Source: an uncultured bacterium (GTDB taxonomy: Bacteria; JAJVIF01; JAPKYR01). Taken from it: DNA of 17,656 nt. The notes under the pieces were generated by a model. The model did not search any database. It had not been told where the DNA came from and saw only the letters and a program-made list of their open reading frames with translations. Where the stretch lies: positions 1 to 17,656 of the forward strand of contig CBDURU010000078.1 of NCBI GenBank assembly GCA_965369865.1, in the 5' to 3' direction. Shown here in pieces: positions 1 through 8,391 of this stretch (its first letter is position 1; each line of letters begins with the position of its first letter). The position numbers were made by a program, and so were the translations under genes.

Positions 1-69
1 ACGTTAGTGAGTGGTCTGGATGGTAGATATTTGGATTTGGCAGACCACTCACTAACGTTCGCGGTACTG
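1..69. repeat. Inverted REP-like doublet (REPIN-like), truncated by the window edge
   Basis: Perfect 18-bp inverted repeat ACGTTAGTGAGTGGTCTG (1-18) / CAGACCACTCACTAACGT (41-58). The right arm continues TCGCGGTACTG (59-69). Confidence 0.75.
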
Positions 70-131
70 TTCGGGTGGCTCTGATACAATCACCACGTCC
101 CGTTTAGTACGTTACAATTATTACCAATCCC

Positions 132-177
132 CGGGTGCCCGTCACAAGCCTAAGCTTCAGCGAAGGCTTGTGGCGGG
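132..177 (+). repeat. CGGGTGC-tagged REP-like hairpin (family A, short variant)
   Basis: CGGGTGC followed by stem CCGTCACAAGCCT (139-151) / AGGCTTGTGGCGG (164-176) with one T.G pair. Same tag and ACAAGC/GCTTGT core as the copies at 10399-10682, 15849 and 16145. Confidence 0.75.
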
Positions 178-188
178 GGATAAAAGTG

Positions 189-206
189 ATCATTCGTCCA
201 CAAGCT
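189..206 (-). repeat. Truncated family A half-element (3' arm only), inverted orientation
   Basis: ATCATTCGTCCACAAGCT matches the reverse complement of 15904-15921 at 17/18 nt. Confidence 0.65.
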
Positions 207-222
207 TGGGAATTTAAATCAT

Positions 223-1209
223 CTAAATTGGGATTCCAAGAAATATTTCATTATTAATTTTACACGCATATCCTTCTAATTGTTCTTCGATTTGCAGATA
301 TTTCAACGGCATCTTAGAAATTTCATCCGGGTGAGCCTGAATACCATACTTCCACCGTCCATCCAGGACGGTTAAACTTGTGATATTATCGATCTCTTTT
401 GGAATCATTTCATTCGGAATTTTCCGTCCATGACTTTTTAGAGGAATTTTATAACCTTCTACATTTGTGCTCATTTGCAATTCGCCTGGTAACGCACACC
501 ATATAACTTTCCACTGGGATTGTGTTTGATCCCGATTAGAGACTTTTGTATTCACCCTTCCAAAATCGAATTTCAGATTCATCGTTTGTGCGATGGATTC
601 ATCCCGGATACAAACAATAACTAATTTTCTTGGATATAGTTCAAAATATAAGCGGCGAGTAATTGCTTGAGGAGCTACATGAAATTTATCAGCAAGGATT
701 GATATGACGTGCAATGATGGAATCAGTCTATCTGCATGACAACCCAGACTTTTCAATGCCTTGTAAATATTTTTCCTAGGTATCAGTAATGCGGAAGCAA
801 ATCGGTCACATAAGTATTCAATACTTTGGTCTCCTGTAATGCCTGCTTGCATCGGACTTAATGGTTTAGTGCAATCTATGCCATCCATCCAATATGTGTG
901 TCCAATTTCGTGTGCTATAGCGAATCGAATGCGAGCAGGAGGTAAAGACTGCACGTAGTAAACGATAAAACCTGCCCCCTCGTTCTTTATGCATGCGTCC
1001 TCGGTGACGAAAGGCTCTTCCCTGCTAACCAGTCCGATAATTTTACGTGACTCCAATAAATTTTTGGTAAAATGAATCGCATCACCACCGATCATACCTA
1101 ATGAAGCAAGCTTTTGAGCTTCATCGTCTATCCATTCAAATATATCCTTAACCGACAACCTTCGTTCCAGGTCTTTAATTAATTCGGGATTGATATATCT
1201 TTGAAACAT
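223..1209 (-). CDS. ImmA/IrrE family zinc metallopeptidase (peptidase + HTH-like + C-terminal GAF-like region)
   Basis: RIRFAIAHEIGH (HEXXH) motif; downstream EYLCDRFASALLIP (third Zn ligand E, then FAxxLLxP); LADKFHVAPQAITRRL HTH-like segment typical of IrrE/ImmA. The GAF-like call is inference. Confidence 0.85.
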   Translation of the reverse strand: MFQRYINPELIKDLERRLSVKDIFEWIDDEAQKLASLGMIGGDAIHFTKNLLESRKIIGLVSREEPFVTEDACIKNEGAGFIVYYVQSLPPARIRFAIAHEIGHTYWMDGIDCTKPLSPMQAGITGDQSIEYLCDRFASALLIPRKNIYKALKSLGCHADRLIPSLHVISILADKFHVAPQAITRRLYFELYPRKLVIVCIRDESIAQTMNLKFDFGRVNTKVSNRDQTQSQWKVIWCALPGELQMSTNVEGYKIPLKSHGRKIPNEMIPKEIDNITSLTVLDGRWKYGIQAHPDEISKMPLKYLQIEEQLEGYACKINNEIFLGIPI

Positions 1210-1230
1210 AATGGATATACCCTTAATGAT

Positions 1231-3000
1231 CTATTCATTTGGTTTGAATAATTTATCTATTGCAGTGGTTAGTCTTTTCTGGAATTTAGCCTTTTTGTCA
1301 GTTGCTGGTATTAAAAGGCCATCAACTATTGAATTTATGTTACCTTCAATTTCAATAGGAGGCATGGGCGGTTGTCCATATTTAGATAGCACTTCATATC
1401 TTACAATTTCTTTATAATAGCGTTTTGTTTTGTCTTCGAGTTCGTCTGGAGGACAAACCGTATGAAGTTCTATTGACAATTCCAGTAATTTCTTCTGGTG
1501 GGGATTAAGATCTCGGGACACAAAAAAACGTAATTCCCATAGCATTTCGTGAGCAGCTAAAATTTGCTTAAGTCTTGGCTGGATTATACCATCATCGATA
1601 TCCTTGAGGCTCGTGGGTTCACCGTTCCATATGGTCTTAACATCAGCGACTTTTGTATTCATACTGAACGATGGCGCGTAAATTAGGATGTCACCCTTTT
1701 GTGCATCAATTTCTTCTGCAAACTTATCCTCTAATATTCTACGTTCCTCGGGGTTATTGAAACGTGACATAATTTTTTTTAGCTGATTTAATCGGCGGTC
1801 TTGACTTTGAATCCCAGAGAATGTTGCTAGGTTGAAGAATTTAAAATCTTTGTGAAGCTCCCTTTTCAGTAATGCTTGAGCAAGTCGCTGTGCCACCTCA
1901 TTCTTGCTTTCGGATAGATATTTCAGTAATGTGTCATCGGAATTGTTATATAAATCTTCCTCTTTTAATCCTCCTGATAATAATTCTTCCTGTAATGCCC
2001 TACCCAACATTGTGCTACTGATGCCCTTAGCGTGGTGAAAATATACCCTTTCAGCCAGAAGATATCTGGCTTCCAGTAACCGAGCTAAATCTGTGAGGGT
2101 ATCTCGACGTGGTACTCCCTTATCTTTCCATAGACGCACGAATAAACGTTTATAGGTCCGGCCACCATCCTCAATATCATGGAGGAATAGGAAGTTAAGG
2201 AACCTGTACCTCATCTGCTCCCCCAGATTACAGAAGTAATTATCCCGGGCAATGTAATCAAGTAAATCCGCGCAAACAGTATTACTGACTAGATCATAAA
2301 TAAATGCATCATCTTCATCAAATGCATTATACCATTCTTCTAAAGGACCCCAAGAATCAACCAAATCCTCAGAATCTTCACCAATCTCTTTAAGCCACTC
2401 CTTCCAGGATTGCTCATGCCAAATGTAGATTGACATAAAACGATTGTATAAATCATCCCCAAGTTCTTTTTTAATAACTTGACCAATCTCGCTATTTGGG
2501 CCAAGAAACCTTAATATCCGATTAGCATTAAGATCATGACGTGTAAGTAATCCAAGCTCATCTTCGATAGTATGGCCAAATGGGATATGAGTGATATCGT
2601 GCAGGAGTGCATATAGCCTAGCTAAAATTTCCTGTTTTAGTGTAATTTCTCTCTCTTCTTTTTTACAATCCAAATTAGATCGGATAGACTGAATCATTAT
2701 TTCAGCCATCTTTAATGTTCCTAGCGAATGGTCGAATCTGGTGTGAAGAGCGGTTGGGTAAACATGAAATGCATAACCAAGTTGCCGTATGCCACGAAGC
2801 CGTTGAAAATCACTTGTGTCGATAATTTCCCTTTCCAGTTTGGTGATTCGAACATCACCACTGACAGCGATATTCAAGGTTTTATCGGGTTTTAATGACA
2901 AATTAGGTTCAATTACAGAGTCGGGTTTGGGGTCTGTTGAAGATTCAAATTCACCATCTAGGTTCAATTGTAAATTGGGATCCGATTCTTTATTTTTCAT
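1231..3000 (-). CDS. HD-domain phosphohydrolase, SAMHD1-like / COG1078 dNTP triphosphohydrolase family
   Basis: IIDTSDFQRLRGIRQLG..VYPTALHTRFDHSLG; ALLHDITHIPFGH; ADLLDYIARD; RYLLAERVYFH motifs. Start moved to ATG at 3000 because AGGAG (complement of 3011-3015) precedes it; the ORF track start at 3030 lies upstream of this RBS. Confidence 0.9.
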   Translation of the reverse strand: MKNKESDPNLQLNLDGEFESSTDPKPDSVIEPNLSLKPDKTLNIAVSGDVRITKLEREIIDTSDFQRLRGIRQLGYAFHVYPTALHTRFDHSLGTLKMAEIMIQSIRSNLDCKKEEREITLKQEILARLYALLHDITHIPFGHTIEDELGLLTRHDLNANRILRFLGPNSEIGQVIKKELGDDLYNRFMSIYIWHEQSWKEWLKEIGEDSEDLVDSWGPLEEWYNAFDEDDAFIYDLVSNTVCADLLDYIARDNYFCNLGEQMRYRFLNFLFLHDIEDGGRTYKRLFVRLWKDKGVPRRDTLTDLARLLEARYLLAERVYFHHAKGISSTMLGRALQEELLSGGLKEEDLYNNSDDTLLKYLSESKNEVAQRLAQALLKRELHKDFKFFNLATFSGIQSQDRRLNQLKKIMSRFNNPEERRILEDKFAEEIDAQKGDILIYAPSFSMNTKVADVKTIWNGEPTSLKDIDDGIIQPRLKQILAAHEMLWELRFFVSRDLNPHQKKLLELSIELHTVCPPDELEDKTKRYYKEIVRYEVLSKYGQPPMPPIEIEGNINSIVDGLLIPATDKKAKFQKRLTTAIDKLFKPNE

Positions 3001-3121
3001 ATTAACCACACTCCTATCAAAGGTCAGCAAAACTTGTTACTTAATTGTATATACTGCTTAGCATCTACTTATGTTAAGTATAAAGCAGATTCAGGCAAGA
3101 GTACAAATACACGGGTAGTTT

Positions 3122-3156
3122 TTAAAAGCGGCGTGCTTTTTGACAGCACGCCGCTT
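3122..3156 (-). terminator. Rho-independent terminator of groESL
   Basis: Perfect 12-bp stem AAGCGGCGTGCT (3126-3137) / AGCACGCCGCTT (3145-3156) with a 7-nt loop and a short T run on the minus strand, about 66 nt after the groEL stop. Confidence 0.8.
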
Positions 3157-3222
3157 CTGTTTTCCCACACTTAAATTTTCAGTTACTGCTTGTTACTTCA
3201 ACGCTCTTTAATACAAAACTCT

Positions 3223-4872
<1,650 letters not shown>

Positions 4873-4897
4873 TTAGTCAGATTTTTTTTGAGGCAGC

Positions 4898-5200
4898 CTA
4901 GCTGGTGATCGCCAGGATATCGTCCTCACGAAGGATGATATATTCCTCACCCTCGAATTTAATGTTCGTTCCGCCGTATTTTGAGTGAAAGACATGATCG
5001 CCGACTTTTACGCCGACTGGGATTTTCTTTCCCTCATCGGAAATACGTCCGGGTCCGACAGCGATAACCAGCGCGAGCTGCGGTTTTTCTTTCGCGGTGT
5101 CGGGGATAACGATGCCGGAAGCGGTGGTGGTTTCCAGTTCGTCGACCGGTTTCACGACCACGCGGTCGGAAAGTGGTTTGATATTGAGTTTTTTAGCCAA
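4898..5200 (-). CDS. groES: Co-chaperonin GroES (Cpn10), TTG start
   Basis: [40 protein letters not shown] motifs. AAGGAGG (complement of 5211-5217) upstream of TTG. Confidence 0.98.
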   Translation of the reverse strand: MAKKLNIKPLSDRVVVKPVDELETTTASGIVIPDTAKEKPQLALVIAVGPGRISDEGKKIPVGVKVGDHVFHSKYGGTNIKFEGEEYIILREDDILAITS

Positions 5201-5242
5201 TTGGAATTAGCCTCCTTGGAATGTTCCTTTTCGGATAGATTA

Positions 5243-5269
5243 TTAGCACTCTTCGCATGAAAGTGCTAA
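5243..5269 (-). promoter_or_regulatory. CIRCE element (HrcA operator)
   Basis: TTAGCACTC-N9-AAGTGCTAA, one mismatch to the TTAGCACTC-N9-GAGTGCTAA consensus, lying between the promoter and groES. Confidence 0.95.
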
Positions 5270-5277
5270 CGCAAGGA

Positions 5278-5306
5278 AGTTTATAACAACGCACTCAACT
5301 TGTCAA
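5278..5306 (-). promoter_or_regulatory. sigma70/sigmaA promoter of groESL
   Basis: Minus strand TTGACA (5306-5301), 17-nt spacer, TAAACT (5283-5278), immediately upstream of CIRCE. Confidence 0.8.
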
Positions 5307-5330
5307 GGGCAATTATGTGCAATTCCATCC

Positions 5331-5429
5331 CCTTGTAACATGCGCATTCTGCAAATGGCCCCATACAAAATACCTTGTAACATGCGCATTCTGCGCATGA
5401 TATACAGTCCCATTTGCATTCTGCGAATG
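5331..5429. repeat. Three copies of a 19-bp palindrome CATnnGCA-TTC-TGCnnATG
   Basis: 5339-5357 CATGCGCATTCTGCAAATG, 5381-5399 CATGCGCATTCTGCGCATG, 5411-5429 CATTTGCATTCTGCGAATG. The first two lie in an exact 22-bp direct repeat (5331-5352, 5373-5394). Confidence 0.85.
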
Positions 5430-5461
5430 TCCCCACACTAATTACCTCATTTATCAAAATA

Positions 5462-5470
5462 TGTTATACT
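5462..5470 (+). promoter_or_regulatory. Extended -10 promoter element for ftcD
   Basis: TGTTATACT (TGn-TATACT) about 37 nt upstream of the ATG. No convincing -35. Confidence 0.5.
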
Positions 5471-5506
5471 CCCTCTTCCAATTTCCAATCCACCGGAGGA
5501 TTCATC

Positions 5507-6403
5507 ATGGCTACAATCGAAGCTGTCCCTAACTTTTCAGAAGGACGCGACGAAGATATCATAAACGCGATCCGCGACGCTGCCGCTGCGATCGACGGCG
5601 TCAAGGTCCTCGATACCCAGTCCGATAAAGACCACAACAGGATGGTCCTGACACTCGCCGGAGAAGTCGACCCCGTTATGAAGGGCGTCATGGAGGCTTC
5701 GAGGGTCGCGATCGAAAAAATCGACCTTAGAAACCATGAGGGCGAGCACAAACGTATGGGGGCTGTCGATGTCGCCCCATTCATCCCTGTCAGCGGGATC
5801 AAGAAAAAAGAGCTTAAGGCCAAAATTAAAGATTTCGCTAAGGAATTCGCCGAAAATTTCAATATCCCGACTTATCTTTATTATGAGTCGGCAACTCAGG
5901 ACAATCGTGTTCGGCTTCCTGACCTTCGCGAGGGTGAGTTCGAAGGATTCCCAAAAAAAATCAAGTTACCTGAATGGAAACCCGATTTCGGCCCGGATAC
6001 AGTCCATGAGACTGCCGGATGTACCGCCGTCGGATTTCGATCCTTCCTTATCGCTTTCAATGTGAATCTTCGCACGACCGATGTGGACATCGCAAAGAAA
6101 ATCGCGAAAGCTGTGCGGGGGAGTTCGGGCGGGTATACCTCTGTCCAGGGCGCCGGTTTTATGCTTGAGGGTCTGGGACTCGCCCAGGTCAGCATGAATA
6201 TACTTGACTACAAGAAAAATCCGATTTACAGGGTTGTCGAGACTATCCGTAGCGAAGCCGCACGATATGGCGTGGAAATCGACGGCTGCGAGATTGTCGG
6301 TGCGGCCCCGATGGAGGCGTTTCTCCAGTGTGCCGAATTTTATCTAAGGATGACAGAGAAGCTGGACAACCACATGATCGAGAAAAAAATCTGGGGATCA
6401 TAA
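5507..6403 (+). CDS. ftcD: Glutamate formiminotransferase (stand-alone FT, no cyclodeaminase domain)
   Basis: VPNFSEGR, DKDHNRMVLT, IDLRNHEGEHKRMGAVDVAPFIP, PDFGP, LIAFNVNL, QVSMN motifs. Start at ATG 5507 with GGAGG at 5495-5499. Confidence 0.93.
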   Translation: MATIEAVPNFSEGRDEDIINAIRDAAAAIDGVKVLDTQSDKDHNRMVLTLAGEVDPVMKGVMEASRVAIEKIDLRNHEGEHKRMGAVDVAPFIPVSGIKKKELKAKIKDFAKEFAENFNIPTYLYYESATQDNRVRLPDLREGEFEGFPKKIKLPEWKPDFGPDTVHETAGCTAVGFRSFLIAFNVNLRTTDVDIAKKIAKAVRGSSGGYTSVQGAGFMLEGLGLAQVSMNILDYKKNPIYRVVETIRSEAARYGVEIDGCEIVGAAPMEAFLQCAEFYLRMTEKLDNHMIEKKIWGS

Positions 6404-6433
6404 GTAAAAGTTATCAACATAAGGACGGAATTC

Positions 6434-6457
6434 ATGCACGGTTACCCGTGCATTTTT
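6434..6457 (+). terminator. Rho-independent terminator after ftcD
   Basis: ATGCACGG-TTAC-CCGTGCAT followed by TTTT. Confidence 0.7.
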
Positions 6458-6466
6458 AACATAAGA

Positions 6467-6511
6467 AAAATAGTTGAAAAATTCAACCATTTTAAAAAAA
6501 TAGTGTATAAT
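6467..6511 (+). promoter_or_regulatory. Putative ABC-exporter promoter with overlapping palindromic operator
   Basis: TATAAT at 6506-6511. Imperfect palindrome AAAATAGTTGAA-AAA-TTCAACCATTTT (6467-6493) covers the -35 region. Confidence 0.55.
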
Positions 6512-6567
6512 ACCCCGATTATCTCGTAACGGCAGTAAGCCCATCGAGACAGGGATCAGACAACCGC

Positions 6568-8391
6568 ATGTGGTGGCATATAGAAGAAACCGAGGAAGGT
6601 GTACGCCAGCAGACCATTCGGGAATTACTCCCGAAAGTCATAAGGCTGTTCAGGAAGCACATCAGGTTCCTGATTCTGGGTTTGGTTCTTCTTATCCCCA
6701 TTACCGCCGCACAATTAGCAGGGCCGTTCATACTCCAGCTTATCATTGACGTTAAAATTCCTGAAGCTCTTGCATCAGGTGACGTCAGTGGCATCGTACG
6801 CATTTCATTGATTTATATTGCGATCATTGGATCGGCCGCCCTTGTTGGTTATTATCAAATTATTACAGTGTTCAGGCTGGGAGTTAATGTCATCGCGGAT
6901 CTCAAGGAGCGGATGTTTAGCCACATCCTTAAACTTGGCCTTAATTTCCACAACGAAAACCCACCCGGAAAACTAATGAGTCGTGTCGAGAGCGACGCTG
7001 AAACCCTCAAGGAATTATTTGGGGACATCACGGTCAATGTAACCCGGAATATCCTGTTTTTTATCGGCATCTTTATCATGCTGCTCTACTACGATTTCAC
7101 CATTGGAATCTGGGTAATGCTTCTGGTTCCTTTCCTCTTTGGTGCGGCATTTTTTTACATAGTCAAAATGAGGAAATTCTGGCGGGAGTGGCGTGCCCAG
7201 TGGGCAATTGTAATCGCGTATATTGCGGAATATGTCCAGGGAATCGAGGTCATCCAGCAGTTCAACTACCAGAAACGCGCCGGGGAACGCCTGCACGAAG
7301 TCAATATGGGCAAGTACAAGGTGGAAGTCCCCGCCATGTTCATCGAATATTCATTCTGGGGAGCTTTCCTGTTTGGTGAAATTCTTGCCATCATCATCGT
7401 TTTAATTATTGGTGTGCCCAAAGTATTCAATGGGACAATGACGATTGGGGTAATGATTGCTTTTTTTGAGTACATCCGTCAGATGTTCTGGCCGATTATG
7501 CAGCTTTCTGAGCAGCTTAACTTTATACAGAAAAGCTTAATCAGCGTGGAGAGGGTCTTTGGAATCCTGGAAACAGAACCGGATGTTCAGGATGGGCCGT
7601 CACCGGTGGATGAACTTAAATTCGAGAAGGAAATAAGATTTGAAAAAGTCTGGTTCGCGTACGAAAAAGATAACTGGATATTGAAAAACGTGAGTTTCAG
7701 TATTCCGAAGAATAAGAAAATTGCGCTTGTTGGATCGTCCGGTGGTGGAAAAAGTACCATTATTAATCTACTGCTTCGTTTCTACGATCCACAGAAAGGG
7801 CGGATTACGGTTGATGGGAGAGACATTCGTGATTTCCCGATCGAAGCATGGCGGAACCTCCTGGGACTGGTATTACAGGATATCTATTTATTTCCCGGTA
7901 GTGTTCTCGACAACCTGAGGGTTTTCGATGAGTCTATCCCATTAAAGAGAATCCAGGAAGTCAGCGCCGTTACAAGGGCTGATGTGATAATAAAGAAACT
8001 TCCCAATGAGTATGAAGGTGAGCTGGCTGAGAAAGGTGCGAATTTGTCCGTTGGTGAAAGGCAGTTAATAAGTTTCGCACGGGCTCTTGCGCATGATCCG
8101 CCAATTCTCGTACTTGACGAAGCGACCAGTTCTGTCGACCCTCACACCGAACGCATGGTTCAGGAAGCACTCGACAAGTTGTTAGCGGGAAGGACAGCGG
8201 TCATTGTCGCGCACAGGTTAAGTACAATTATTAATTCAGACAGGATCCTGGTAATTCATTTGGGAGAAGTTGTTGAAAGTGGCAATCACACTGAATTAAT
8301 GAACAGAAATGGTATTTACGCGAAACTCCACAAGCTGCAATTCCAGGAAGTAACCACCGCGCCGATCCCTGCAAAGGGGGTGGCATCCTGA
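6568..8391 (+). CDS. ABC exporter half-transporter (TMD-NBD), consensus-Walker-B subunit of a heterodimer (MdlB/YheH/TM288-like)
   Basis: Multi-TM N-terminal half; Walker A GSSGGGKST; degenerate signature LSVGERQ; Walker B LVLDEATS; H-loop AHRL. Confidence 0.93.
   Translation: MWWHIEETEEGVRQQTIRELLPKVIRLFRKHIRFLILGLVLLIPITAAQLAGPFILQLIIDVKIPEALASGDVSGIVRISLIYIAIIGSAALVGYYQIITVFRLGVNVIADLKERMFSHILKLGLNFHNENPPGKLMSRVESDAETLKELFGDITVNVTRNILFFIGIFIMLLYYDFTIGIWVMLLVPFLFGAAFFYIVKMRKFWREWRAQWAIVIAYIAEYVQGIEVIQQFNYQKRAGERLHEVNMGKYKVEVPAMFIEYSFWGAFLFGEILAIIIVLIIGVPKVFNGTMTIGVMIAFFEYIRQMFWPIMQLSEQLNFIQKSLISVERVFGILETEPDVQDGPSPVDELKFEKEIRFEKVWFAYEKDNWILKNVSFSIPKNKKIALVGSSGGGKSTIINLLLRFYDPQKGRITVDGRDIRDFPIEAWRNLLGLVLQDIYLFPGSVLDNLRVFDESIPLKRIQEVSAVTRADVIIKKLPNEYEGELAEKGANLSVGERQLISFARALAHDPPILVLDEATSSVDPHTERMVQEALDKLLAGRTAVIVAHRLSTIINSDRILVIHLGEVVESGNHTELMNRNGIYAKLHKLQFQEVTTAPIPAKGVAS

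Noticed and set aside
3001..3030. Upstream TTG start for the HD gene
   Set aside because: The AGGAG RBS lies within this stretch and serves ATG 3000.
3040..3100. Promoter for the HD/IrrE cassette (TTGCCT-16-TAACAT on the minus strand)
   Set aside because: Weak match in AT-rich DNA with several alternatives, so it cannot be supported.
223..3120. Prophage/ICE call based on the ImmA-like gene
   Set aside because: No integrase, repressor, att direct repeats or phage genes are visible in the window.
5414..5506. N-terminal extension of ftcD from TTG 5414
   Set aside because: It starts inside a palindrome and spans the -10 element. The RBS and family N-terminus point to ATG 5507.
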